Positions 47,701 through 59,596 are shown, counted from the first letter of the stretch. The stretch is 64,000 nt of DNA from Macrostomum hystrix (GCA_950097015.1 CATNEN010000008.1:930001-994000), one strand, 5' to 3'. The notes: generated from the letters alone by a model not told the origin. A program made the numbers and translations.

Positions 47701-47840
47701 TCTAGCGCGCTGCAGATTTGGTCCATGATGTGCTCAACTCCGTGCGAAGCATTCAAACTGCTAGTCCATACCTGAGTTGTTGCATTCAGTTGTTCCAAAG
47801 AATACTCACATGCGAGTTCACTAATAATAGGATCAGACAT
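38798..47840 (-). CDS. slo: Slo-family (BK/Slo1-Slo3-type) voltage-gated K+ channel alpha subunit, divergent paralog, about 1240-1250 aa; 3' end uncertain
   Basis: 18 phase-compatible exons: 47840-47632, 46558-46318, 45281-45220, 45113-45011, 44586-44475, 44363-44212, 43819-43634, 43559-43465, 43367-43245, 43167-42909 (GC donor), 42812-42627, 42308-41927, 41816-41697 (or 41664), 41541-41096, 40778-40359, 40273-39965, 39196-38999, 38923-38798. Contains S0-S6, S4 FLRAIRL, filter STVGYGD, RCK1 HIVLTG and RCK2 HVVVCVLG/TQAFAEG. Intron positions match my recollection of Slo1 genes. Confidence 0.92.
39411..39793 (-). mobile_element. tRNA-derived SINE family A, full-length (Slo intron 16)
   Basis: tRNA-like head ends at 39793; (TAA)n-like tail; imperfect TSD GCTAATGCC(C)ATTA at 39397-39409 and 39798-39811. 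An opposite-strand fragment lies at about 39265-39335, and another fragment at about 51400-51480. Confidence 0.88.
43905..44095 (-). mobile_element. Probable second SINE family (CORE/Nin-like central domain) fragment
   Basis: The minus strand reads CAAGACACTT...AGTTCACCCAGCTTTAAAATGGGTACCAG, typical of conserved SINE central domains. A related plus-strand piece with a B-box-like GCTCGAATCC and GAGCAAGACACTT lies at about 52170-52260. Confidence 0.4.
44606..44890. repeat. 21-bp minisatellite (ATACCTGATACTAAATGGTTG) in Slo intron 4
   Basis: About 13 tandem units. Confidence 0.93.
45761..46258. repeat. 30-bp minisatellite (TCTCACCGGAATCTGCCCAATAAGCTACAG) in Slo intron 2
   Basis: About 16 units, two of them 29 bp. 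Confidence 0.95.
46575..47605. repeat. GT-rich 16-17-bp minisatellite (GTGTGCTGGAGTGTGG / GTGTGCAAGAGTGCGG) filling Slo intron 1
   Basis: About 60 units; occupies nearly all of intron 46559-47631. Confidence 0.95.
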
Positions 47841-48181
47841 CCTTGCTTCTAGCAGAGATGCACAGATTTCTCTCTTCACTCACCAACAGCTACATTATTT
47901 ATCAGATGCATATTGCAGATCAGGATTCGCTAGAATTGCACGCTTGATTTAATCTACATGCTGCCATAGACATGTCAGCTTCGTATCAGATGCAGAATTT
48001 TATATTCAAAATGTTTTGCTGAAGCCAAAAGATAACAAATCAATAAATAAATCAAAAAGCTGACATTCTTGAAAATATTTTCTGCACCAGCCTAGCTGAC
48101 TTGTTACCAGTCTCCTACTTTATGCAGCTACAAAACTACAACTGCCGCCACTATTATCCCAAAGCTAGTCCACGCTGTAGA

Positions 48182-48503
48182 TGAATCCCAGCCTGACCCA
48201 CAGCCAGACTCCCAGCCTGACCCACAGCGAGAATCCCTACCTGACCCACAGATAGAATCCCAGCCTGACCCACAGCTAGAATCCCAACCTGATCTACAGT
48301 TAGAATCCCAACCTGACTCGCATTTAGAATCCCGACCTGACCCACAGTTAGAATCCCAACTTGACCCACAGTCAGAACCCCAACTTGACCCACAGCAAGA
48401 ATCCCAACCTGACCCGCGGTTAGAACCCAACCTGACCCACAGCCAGAATCCCAACCTGACCCACAGCCAGAATCCCAACCTGACACACTGCCGAAATCCC
48501 ACC
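48182..48503 (+). repeat. About 24-bp minisatellite (AGAATCCCAACCTGACCCACAG..)
   Basis: About 13 degenerate units; related in inverted orientation to the array at 50900-51155. Confidence 0.88.
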
Positions 48504-48899
48504 CTAGTCGCTGCATTACGTACTGCTCGTATATAATGTATTTTTCATGAATCATGAATCAAAGCTTGAAGCTTTACTCTTTGCAGTTTTGTACGTGATG
48601 CACAATGCACAATTTTTGAGTCGATAGAGGACGCTCTACTCAACACTACTCAAGCAGGCAGCCCACATGCATCCAAGTATTCAAGCTTCAAGGGTAAAGC
48701 TCCTATCTCGATTCCATTTAGTCAAACAAAGTGGCTAATAAATTATTTACGACAACAGCCAGAACTCGCAAGATAGAAGGAGGCGCTGAGTGGCTGGGCT
48801 AAGTGCAGCAACCATTTTCCTCTCTTATTTTCGCATATAAAAATGCTTGTGCGACCGTACAGTAGACGATAAATGGTGTGGCTTCTTGTCTTGCCTTCT

Positions 48900-49870
<971 letters not shown>

Positions 49871-50239
49871 CTATTGTCAAAGATTTATTTCCAGGCTTAA
49901 AGTCGGAATCGAAAAAGCGCAAAAAAGTTTTCGGGTTTTCGTTACCTAGATTTTATAGGATTTGATAGACTTTAAGGGACTTAAAAATAAGTATCACAGT
50001 TTTCGCGAGTGCACTTTAGAAGCTTTGCTTCTCGGGTGAAAGGAGCAAGTTGGCGCAGACATTACGAGCTATTCGAGGAACAGACGAGTCGAAGCAGAAA
50101 CATGATTTTTGCAGCAAGCAAAATCTACTCGACTCGGCCGTTAGTTTTGTGCTCATTTGAGAACAGATCATTTTTGGCATTTTTTCGTACAAAATGGGAG
50201 TGATTCGTGCTACGAATCCAGCTTTGGACCCAGCTCATA

Positions 50240-50535
50240 ATCTAGCTACGATTCTAGTACGATTCCAGTCCCTAATCTAGCTACGATTCCAGCTTCTAAA
50301 CTATCTGCGATTCCAGTCCCTAATCTAGCTACGATTCCAGCTTCTAAACTATCTGCGATTCCAGTCCCTAATCTAGCTACGATTCCAGCCCCTAATCTAG
50401 CTACGATTCCAGCTTCTAAACTATCTGCGATTCCAGTCCCTAATCTAGCTACGATTCCAGCCCCTAATCTAGCTACGATTCCAGCCCCTAATCTAGCTAC
50501 GATTCCAGCCCCTAATCTAGCTACGATTCCAGCTC
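50240..50535. repeat. 24-bp minisatellite (CTAGCTACGATTCCAGCCCCTAAT)
   Basis: About 12 units with two alternating variants. Confidence 0.92.
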
Positions 50536-50899
50536 CTAGTATTTCCAAGTCAAGTGAGGGAATGAAAAGACGCACCTATACATGATTACGAGCTAGATAT
50601 CATAATTAAAGCAGGGAATGCGAAGCGTTATTGTCCAAAATATTCAAATGTGAAAAATTACAAAATGAAACCTTAATTGACACAGATTTGTTGAATCGTA
50701 AAACTGATCACTTAAACTAAGAGATACTTATTAAGTTACTGAATCAGAAATAACAGAATCGTATTTTTCGCGAAAGGCATCTATCAATACAAAGGCAGTT
50801 GCAGATAACAAAAGATACCATGAAAATAATAGGAGTAATAATCAGAAGGCGGCATACACAATTCAGTTTAGTTTTAGCATCGCTAACGGCTTAAAATTG

Positions 50900-51155
50900 G
50901 GATTCGGCTGGGTCAGGTGGGATTTTTTGGCTTTGGGTCAGGTTGGGAATTTTTGGCTTTGGGTCAGGTTGGGATTTTTTGGCTTTGGGTTAGGTTGGGA
51001 TTTTTTGGCTTTGGGTCAGGTTGGGATTTTTTGGCTTTGGGTCAGGTTGGGATTTTTTGGCTTTGGGTCAGGTTGGGATTTTTTGGCTTTGGGTCAGGTT
51101 GGGATTTTAGCTGTGGGTCAGGTTGGGATTTTAGCTGTGGGTCAGGTTGGGATTC
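50900..51155 (-). repeat. 24-26-bp minisatellite (reverse complement of AATCCCAACCTGACCCA..)
   Basis: GGGTCAGGTTGGGATTTTTTGGCTTT units; same core as the 48182-48503 array but inverted. Confidence 0.9.
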
Positions 51156-51182
51156 TGTTGAATCAAGTTGAGGCTTTGGCTC

Positions 51183-53429
51183 CTAAACGTCGGCCCTTAT
51201 GAGAACAAACAGGTCATGCAGGTAGATTCCTTTCTCCGTATAGCTCAGTGTGTTCAGGCCGTCCTTATCCATCCCGGCCTTGACCTTGTGCCAGTAGGGC
51301 CACGGCATCGTGTTGGTGACCACATCGTTGGAATGCTGCAGATTAATGAACCTGGTGAATGTTTTTTCGTTTTTTGGGTGGCACTTTAAATCCTTCTTTC
51401 CACCCGCAAGGAGGAAATTCGCGAGCCTGTTCACAGACACACAAATACGTACTCTGGTACACGCTCACACAGGTGTGTACAATTTTCTATTGTAAAAAAT
51501 GTGGGAACAGGGTTCCATTTAACAAAACCAGCTTTTATAGGAACTATAAAGACCACTCAGCCTTTTCAGTGTGATCAGTCGGCTATCACGTGAAATACGC
51601 TCTGGCCTTCGTGTTCAAGACTTCAAAAGAAATATTTTGATAAGCTATCGTTTATGGTTATAGATTGCGTTGTCTATGGTTCCTAAATCGAACGCTGTTT
51701 TTCTTAAATTCAACCAAGTTTCACCATTTTTACCATAGACAGCCACTGAGTGGCAGCCAGTCTTCTGATTTCCAGTTAACATGAAATCTGATGTGTCTAC
51801 CTGGCGATGTGTCCACCGGGATAGTTGATCCGCATGCCTCGAACTCCCAGCCTGGAGGCCAGCTCGTCATCCTCGCGTCCCCAGCCATAGTACCTGTTGG
51901 AGTTGCCGTTAACACGCTCGAACACGGCCTTGCTGATCGCTGCGGAGCCGCCAAGGAAGTTGTTGTACATCCGACCCCTGTGATACTTCAGGACGTCAGA
52001 CTGCTTGCGCATCTCCGAGATCATCAGCTTCGGCGAGTTGGCGCAGTCGTAGAGGTTGCCGACATTCTCGGGGACTTTGTCAGCGTCCTGTGAGCGACCA
52101 AAAAATGAAAAAGAAGTATGAACAATTGGATCGGCTGTTTGCACAGTGGCATTCGACCATGCACCGGCACATTAACATCTGAACGAGAGGTCGTGAGCTC
52201 GAATCCGAGCCCAAGGGAGACGTTTTGTGTTCTCGAGCAAGACACTTTGTTCCCTACTGTAAATCTGCTGGATACATGTAGCTGTAGCCATTACAAGTCA
52301 ACCCGAATAATCTGATGTTCGCTATCACTGTGCATTGGGGGTTGGCCCAAACGGATTCGAATTGCACTACAAGATCTTCTTTCAGTTTATGCGCCCAAAT
52401 TAATTTGGCATCGATTCAAAGCTCATAAGCTTTCAAGTGACGCGTGACGCAAGTCACTCGACCTCCAAAAATGGAAGAGTACAAACTTTTTCGGTAAATA
52501 TTTTCAAGACGTTTGACACCGAAACACATTTAATTTAGTCGACTTGCCTGCAAAATAAAGCAGTCGAACTTAGCAAACTGCTGCGACACCTGAAAGCCAA
52601 CGTTTAACAGCTTGGCACGGTTAAATAACTTCGTATTTGCCTGCTCAATGACGAAAATGCCGAATGCAATGTTCTGCTGCTGCAGCAGGGCCTGCATGTA
52701 CGGGATGAACAGGTCCAGGTTCTCGCTCCGATTTCGGTACGGCACGAGGATGGCAGTGCGCGACAGCGGCGGCCAACAATGGCTTGGTGCCCAGAAGCCG
52801 CCGCGATGTGCGGGTTTCACAAACGGAAAAGTGGAAGTCGGCTGAGCCAGCAGGTGGGCCAGGTTCTTGTCGCCAGGTCGACGGCACTGCTGCAGATTCT
52901 TTGCCGGCGGAGCTTCGAGGAGTTTTGGAGCGACGTTGCCGGGCGGAGTCGCCAGCTTTGTTAGGGCTCGGTAGAGCTTGGGATAGACAATCCGAAATTC
53001 TGGGACGCTCTTACCGCTGTTGTTAGCCGCCAATTTCTGACTGTGAGGCATCATTGCGGCCAGCTCGTTGAACGGGTCAAACAGTCCGCTAGACTCACTG
53101 GACGGTGTTGTCTTCGCGGAAGAAGGCAGCACTTTATCAAAGTCGCTAGCATCATCCGAGGTGACGTTGAAGCCGCTGGCATCGCCAAACATCATTCGCA
53201 GCGGCAGCCAGGCCAACTGCTGGCTGATGATGCGAACACCGCTGTGTCCTTTCTGGCGGAACGTCAGCAGCACAATGCTAGCCAGGCAGAGAGCGCACAG
53301 GACTAGCGTGACAGTCTGCTTGTTTTGCTGACAAAACAGAGCTCGCATCTCCCACTGCTGCCCCTGTCTCTCTGGCTCTCGCTGGCTTGTTTCAGTTAGA
53401 GTGACATTTCGTGTAGCACCTCCTGACAC
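51183..53429 (-). CDS. GT7-family beta-1,4-galactosyl/N-acetylgalactosaminyl-transferase, type II membrane protein, 445 aa
   Basis: Exons 53429-52548 (GC donor CAG|GCAAGT), 52087-51801, 51351-51183. N-terminal TM segment; motifs AILVPYRNR, FNRAKLLNVGF, DCFILQ|DAD (DxD), GWGREDDE, DGLNTLSY. Confidence 0.92.
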
Positions 53430-53777
53430 ATGCCAGCTGGATTTGCCTAGTCTCTCAGTCTCTTAAATCTTTGCTATCTTTTTGCTTCCGCGAGTCTCGC
53501 CTGCTCTTGCGGCTTTTCTATATCAGTGCCCCGCTTCGCGACCAAGTTTATTTTCCATCCCAGGCAGCGAGAAACGTGGGAAAATAGTCCCCTGGGGGTG
53601 GGCATCTCCAGGCATCGGGCCTTCCCCCTTTCACCTCCCGACCACCCAATTGCTGAGCCAGTGTCCATGCCGTTTGCAGCCTCTCTGCGTCCCTCATCAG
53701 TCTCTCCCTTCCTTCTTCTCCCGATTCTCCCCCGCCGCCTTGGCTGTACTCCGATCGCTTGGCCCAATCCGAGACCG

Positions 53778-53915
53778 ATGGCGAGGGAGATTGAATCTGA
53801 GTCAGAGACGGGGAAAACTCGCCGGAGATCGCATCTGAAGAGGACAAATGAACTCAAAAAGTATGCTCATACTGAAGAGGAAGTGAGGATTATTTACAGG
53901 AGATTTAACGCTGAA
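53778..53915 (+). CDS. Possible first exon of a KChIP/neuronal calcium sensor-like protein
   Basis: ATG...HTEEEVRIIYRRFNAE followed by GTGACT resembles the KChIP/NCS EF1 helix (FTKxELQxLYRGFKNE) and its exon end. No downstream exon was found in the window. Confidence 0.3.
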
Positions 53916-54771
53916 GTGACTCAAAAAATGTCACAATGCTTTTATTAAGAAAGCCCTGCCCACAATGGAGCTGTTGCAGTGGCTGCGAAAAGATAACTGA
54001 GTAACCACAAATTTTTCTGGGATGAAAATGAAGTTTTTTTCACACACTGCTTTCAACTGACTAACCTGAGAACACTGTTGCATGGGCTGCCACAATGAGT
54101 GGCCTCATAAATTCACCGAGATATCATAATTGCAGCAGACACTAAAATAATACGTGCAATAGGACTAAACGTCATTGTACGGTACAATTGTGGTGCCATC
54201 GTTCGAACACAAAAATTGATATACTGCCAAGTATCATGCTTTCCGTTGAGCCTCAGAAAGGCAACCAGCTACCAGCTGTATAAAAAAATTCATACTGCCT
54301 CCTCTGTGTTTTGCTCTTCAAACATGGTTGCCATAGCAATTTGAAGCCGCACATGCAAGACCTCAGCCATCAATGACGTACTCACCCACCCCAAACGTCC
54401 TCTCTTTCTCCCCTCCCTCTCTCTAATTCTCCTGTTTGAGTTTCTTCTGGAGTAGCATGATAAAGCAGGCAAGGCGCTTTTTGTCTCCGTGAAGCATCCC
54501 AGCCCGTTATTGCCGGCCTCTTCCCTCCTCCCCTCCCTGAATTCCCTCCCACTGACCTCGCTCCGCGTCCCACACAGTGAGGTGGTGCCGCGCTAGCGAC
54601 CATCCACCCCTGTAGCTGCGTGGGTGTACACTGCCCACAATTGGGACAAAGTCCCCAGTCGGAGCATCCCAACAAGCCGGGCTGCTGTGTGTTAAGCAGC
54701 AATTGCTCTTCCAGCATTGACTCTTGTCAGACTTTCAGAAGGTTACGAAATTATTTTGCACTTAAAATTGC

Positions 54772-57753
54772 TCATGACAATCCCGTCCTTCGTCCTTCAG
54801 TCGAGAGCAAGGTCAACTGGAAGAAGGCTGAAGACGGACAAGCGCATGACCTGATTCGTGTTCCGTAGTCCCCTCCCATAGAAATAGAGTAGCCGCTCCA
54901 CGCGCACCAGGAGCCATTTACCACCACTTGAGTCTCCTTGGCTGCGCCGGAGCAGTCTAAACCGCCGTAGGCTGGGGCAGAACAATTGCAGACTCTGGTC
55001 CTCGTACTGTTAGCTCCAGAAACTATGTATGGTCCCCAAGGGCACCATGTGCCATTTACGACAGCCTGGGTTTCGCTAGCATTACCCGGACATGGTTGAC
55101 CACCGTAAGCTGGAGCTGAGCAGTTGCACAGTCGAGAGCGACTGCTGAAGTCTCCGTAGACCTGATATGCACTCCAGGCGCACCAGCTGCCATCTAACGT
55201 TGTGCCAGACTCACTTCCAGATCCAACGCAGTTAACGCCGCCAAACGCCGGGGCACTGCAGTTACACTCGCGTGTTCTCGTACCGATTCCGGAAGCGACC
55301 GAAAATGCGCTCCAGCCGCACCAACTGCCGTTCACGGCAACCCCAGTATCGTTTGCAGAGCCGGCACAGTCTGAACCTCCATAGGCGGGTGCGCTGCAAC
55401 TGCATAGACGCGTTCTAGTTCCAACACCCTCGACCACGGAGTAGGCACTCCAAGAGCACCAGCTACCATTTACTGCAGCACCAGAGTCGATAGCGGAACC
55501 CACACAGTCTACACCGCCATATTCTGTCGCGCTGCAGTTGCATTGGCGCGTTCTCGTCCCAACACCGGCAACCACAGAGAAGGCGCTCCAGCCGCACCAG
55601 CTACCATTCACTGTTGTTCCGGAATCGTTTCTGAAGCCAGGACAGTCAATGCCACCGTATGCTGGAGCGCTGCAATTGCATTGCCGCGTTCTCGTTCCAA
55701 TGCCAGCAACTACGGTGAAAGCGCTCCATCCGCACCAGGTACCATTAACTACTGCTCCAGAGTCGCTAGCCGAACCGGAGCAGTCGACGCCGCCGTACTC
55801 TGGAGCGCTGCAGTTGCACTGACGCGTTCTCGTTCCGACGTCGGACATAATAGAGTACGCACTCCATCCGCACCAGCTGCCATTAACTGCTGTGCCCGAT
55901 TCACTCGTTGAACCTGCACAGTTTTCGCCGCCGTACGCCGGAGCGCTGCAGTTGCACTGTCGCATCCTCGTCCCCACGCCACCAACAACGGAGAACGCGC
56001 TCCAGCTGCACCAGCTTCCGTTTACAACGGTCCCGGAGTCGACAGTAGGTCCGGGGCAATCGGCGCCGCCGTAAGCGGCTGCGCTACAGTTGCATTGTCT
56101 TGTTCGTGTACCTACACCCAAAGCCAAAGTAAATGCGCTCCAGCTGCACCAGTTGCCATTAACTACGAGTCCGGTGTCGTTTCCACTACCAAAACATTCC
56201 AGGCCGCTGTTTGCGGGCGCCGGACAAGCACAGGTGCGAGTTCTGGTTGCATAACCAGCTGTAGCAGGTGCGTAGGCGGACCACGAGCACCAAGTTCCGT
56301 TGATCACTGGTCGCCAATCTGAACTATTTCCTTGGCAGATTGTGCCATTGCCGGCAGGCGTCGGGCAGCTGCAGTTGCGAGTTCGCATCTGCCAGTCACT
56401 GCTCACTGTACTCCAGTCGCTCCAGTTGCACCAGCCGCCGTTTATGTCTAGCTTATCACAGACGGTTAAGAATGACTTCTCAAGATCAGTGATTTCCTCG
56501 AATAACCAAACAGTGGAGACGTTCTGTTGCACAGAAAGTACGGAGTACCCACTAACAGTCGTTGGAGCCAAATAGTATCCTGCTGTTTCATTGAAGGAAG
56601 ACTGGATTGTGTACAGGCCGCTACCGCCACTTCCACCAGCTGACTTCACAATCCAGAATTCGCGCTCCTTTGTTATATTCTCAAAAGTGGCATCAACGAC
56701 GTCAGTAGACCAGGCATCGGCCGAGGTGTAGCACGGCACCACGGTCCGGAATATGAAGAAGCCGTTAGGCTGCGGCAGAGCTTCCCACATCATGGCAGAA
56801 GCAGTGCTTGGCGCGGCAAGGGCTAGACGCCTGGAACCGTATGCCGCTAGTGGCGCAGTGGAATTGGCCGCCGCGATGCTGGCGTTGCATAAACTTCCGC
56901 CGCTGCTGCAGCCTGTCTGCAAATAGATTCGATAGAAGCCCCAGCGTAGCGGAAGTGTCTTGATGCTGGCATAGCTTCGATAGTATGGACAGAAACGGAT
57001 ACGCCTGTTTGGCTGGTAATAGCGCTCTGTACTGCACCAGATGAGGTACCAAGGGAAGCCGGCTCCGCTTGTGCAGTCATCATAGCACTGGCCATTATAG
57101 TAAAATGGAAATGTGCAATTAGCATATGGATCAGCCTGGGTGTACACGATGGAATAACTGCTAAGCTGTGGTGTAATGTACGCTGGCGCGGTGTAGTTAA
57201 GGCGAGCACAACTTGGCGATGCCACACCCGACAGCGTGTAGGCGCAATACTTAAAGTTCTTGTCTATCAAGGCGCCTTCCGCAGTCGTGGCGCACCACGG
57301 TTCGATTGTAGTAACCACGCAATCGTAGTAGCACTTGCCATTGTACAGAAACGGAAACACGCACTTGGTCCCAGTGCCCATTCCGGCGTACAAGACAGAC
57401 GGCTCTGCACTCTGCACTGCACTAGCTAGCCCTGAGCAGTTGGCCTGAGTAAGATTAGCCAGCCGATAGTTGCAGTAGCGCCACAGAGCGCTGTTCGCGC
57501 CGTAGTCGCAGGATGTTGCGCACCAGAAGCGGCATGTGCCTCCAGTGCAGTATTCAGCGCAATCGCTATGGCTGGTTGAGCCATCAAGGAACGGGAAATA
57601 GCAAACGCTACCGGAGCCGCCGCCAGTAGTGGAGATGGTGACGCTGGTGTTGGGCGCCGAGCTGGCGGGGTTGCAGCCGGCCGTTAGTGACGACCGAATC
57701 AACAGTAGGAGAAGCACAGGCAGCAAGTACTGCAAATTTTTCACTTTAAGCAT
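54772..57753 (-). CDS. Secreted 993-aa protein: signal peptide, 3 fibronectin type II domains, beta-trefoil-like region, 11 complete + 1 partial atypical TSP1 repeats
   Basis: Uninterrupted ORF with a hydrophobic N-terminus. FN2 motifs CYFPF..WCAT..W.YC, CVFPFLYNG..WCATT..F.YC and CTFPFYYNG..WCST..RFC. The 46-47-aa repeats read NG.WC.WSA...G.GTRTR.C.CSAPAYGG..C.G. Confidence 0.9.
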   Translation of the reverse strand: MLKVKNLQYLLPVLLLLLIRSSLTAGCNPASSAPNTSVTISTTGGGSGSVCYFPFLDGSTSHSDCAEYCTGGTCRFWCATSCDYGANSALWRYCNYRLANLTQANCSGLASAVQSAEPSVLYAGMGTGTKCVFPFLYNGKCYYDCVVTTIEPWCATTAEGALIDKNFKYCAYTLSGVASPSCARLNYTAPAYITPQLSSYSIVYTQADPYANCTFPFYYNGQCYDDCTSGAGFPWYLIWCSTERYYQPNRRIRFCPYYRSYASIKTLPLRWGFYRIYLQTGCSSGGSLCNASIAAANSTAPLAAYGSRRLALAAPSTASAMMWEALPQPNGFFIFRTVVPCYTSADAWSTDVVDATFENITKEREFWIVKSAGGSGGSGLYTIQSSFNETAGYYLAPTTVSGYSVLSVQQNVSTVWLFEEITDLEKSFLTVCDKLDINGGWCNWSDWSTVSSDWQMRTRNCSCPTPAGNGTICQGNSSDWRPVINGTWCSWSAYAPATAGYATRTRTCACPAPANSGLECFGSGNDTGLVVNGNWCSWSAFTLALGVGTRTRQCNCSAAAYGGADCPGPTVDSGTVVNGSWCSWSAFSVVGGVGTRMRQCNCSAPAYGGENCAGSTSESGTAVNGSWCGWSAYSIMSDVGTRTRQCNCSAPEYGGVDCSGSASDSGAVVNGTWCGWSAFTVVAGIGTRTRQCNCSAPAYGGIDCPGFRNDSGTTVNGSWCGWSAFSVVAGVGTRTRQCNCSATEYGGVDCVGSAIDSGAAVNGSWCSWSAYSVVEGVGTRTRLCSCSAPAYGGSDCAGSANDTGVAVNGSWCGWSAFSVASGIGTRTRECNCSAPAFGGVNCVGSGSESGTTLDGSWCAWSAYQVYGDFSSRSRLCNCSAPAYGGQPCPGNASETQAVVNGTWCPWGPYIVSGANSTRTRVCNCSAPAYGGLDCSGAAKETQVVVNGSWCAWSGYSISMGGDYGTRIRSCACPSSAFFQLTLLSTEGRRTGLS

Positions 57754-58631
57754 GATCTAGAAACTTCAAGAGAACAAAAAAGTTTCTTGTCCAAAGTTTT
57801 CGGTGGTTGTCAGGTGATAACATATAATCTTAATTTTTTGCTCTCTCCTTTTGAAAGTACCTTTATAAACATTTTTAGTGGAAAGCCATTAGCATTTGAC
57901 GGCAGAAGCATATACAAACCCCCTGCGGCGATTTTGGCGCACATCGTTCCTACTTGTGTGCCTTTTTCAACACCTCGAAGGGTATACAGCTTCTTGTGAA
58001 ATTACTAGCATAAGCGTTGGAAAAATGATAAAGTTGACAGCGGGAGAGAAAAATAGTGGAAGCCAAGGGACTACTTGAGCTTGAAGTGCCCACTCAAGCT
58101 AATGGATGTTATTGGAAGGGTTGGAAGCCGCGGTGTGTGAGTTTCGAGTCCGAATAGAATCGCAGACTTCACTCAGCCAATTCAAGTAGCACTATAATTT
58201 ACCGTGAAAGCCTGAGATGGTAGCAACAGTGAGATGCTGAAATGGAACAGGTGATTAGCCAATTAATGCAAGCTGGAGGCAAAGCAATGCAGCACAGATA
58301 AAACGGCAGGAAAAGGGAATGGAAAATCGGCAGCTCGTGAGAAAAAAACTTGTGAAAAAACAGCGTGTAGCCACCACATCTCACTAAATGGGCCTGTCCC
58401 GCTATATATTTTAATACAATGGAATCGACCTCCACACCTTGTTTTCAACCACCCCAGTTAGAAGAAAATTGCTTTAGTCGCACAATATTTCAAGACAGAA
58501 CTCTAAGATTTAACTAAACTAGTCATATAGCATTTCATGAGGTGACAGTCGAGCACTTGTCAGCTGTCAGTTGGTGTTCGCGAAGTGTCCTCATCTCAAA
58601 CGTGAAGTACAAGCCCCATGACGTTTGATAA

Positions 58632-58775
58632 TCTAATATACTAAAAATGAAAATCTTGCTTGCTTGCTTGCTTGTATGTTTGCAATCGACTAGCTCCCGA
58701 ACGGCTCAACCGATTTTCACAATTCCTTCGCCAAAAGATCACAAATGGGCCGGAATCGGTACACGTATTTTTATT
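58632..58775 (+). mobile_element. Helitron-like (Lep1/HINE-type) non-autonomous 5' end
   Basis: A|TCTAATATACTAAAAATG start, short (GCTT)n run, then AACGGCTCAACCGATTTT, the pattern typical of invertebrate Helitron-N 5' ends. No 3' hairpin/CTRR end was identified. Confidence 0.45.
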
Positions 58776-59596
58776 AAGCTTAAAGACTAAAGACAAAATA
58801 TTGTTTTAATATTTCTTTCATTAGTCCCATGCTGGTGTGAGCTTAAAATTGAAGCACAGCAGATTATCTGGAAGACCGTTTGTAAAGGCAGTTTTACGCA
58901 ATTTTGCATACAAGTTTTTACTAAATCCTTTAATTCTACAGTGAGCATGCTTAGGCGCCTCATCTCAATCCAATGCATGCTCACTGTTCGCTTAAAAACA
59001 TAGCTGTATATATTTGCAAAAGTGGATAAAATATAAACCAGTTTGAGAATCAGGCTCAAAAGACTCTGAGTATAGGAGCATTGAATTCTCCAGGTAAATC
59101 AATTTACGCATTGCTACATTACGGTTTACTGTAGTATGCAAGTAGCTCGTATAGAGGCCAAGCCATTAAACAATAAAAATTATATCAATTCAGAGCTGCG
59201 TAACAAAATGTTATTTACTCTTAAACTATCGGAAAATTGAAAGGCATTATGTTAATCCTCAGAAATTATCTGTAGCACAGCTCTGATTTGATCCTCTGAT
59301 CAGCCATACAACGTAACGATCTATTACTGAAATAAAAACCTCATAATGTAATTAAAATAAGTGTATTCAGATAAAATGAGAAAAAAGGGAATCTATGACC
59401 ATCACTGCATGATCTATAAGGATCTGAAGCATTACAAGTAAGTTTCATCTACTCAAAAATGTAGTCGGTCTGTCTATGAGTACTTCATAGGTAGAATAAG
59501 TGTTTTATAGCGTATTAGATTGATCTGACTCCCAAAATATTTTATATTGAGCCTAGCGCGGAGAAATGGTAAAATGGGCATAAGAGCGAAAGAGAT

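Noticed and set aside
54772-57753. Horizontal (bacterial) origin of the intronless TSR gene
   Set aside because: FN2 and TSP1 are typical metazoan extracellular domains. Retroposition or intron loss is the simpler explanation.
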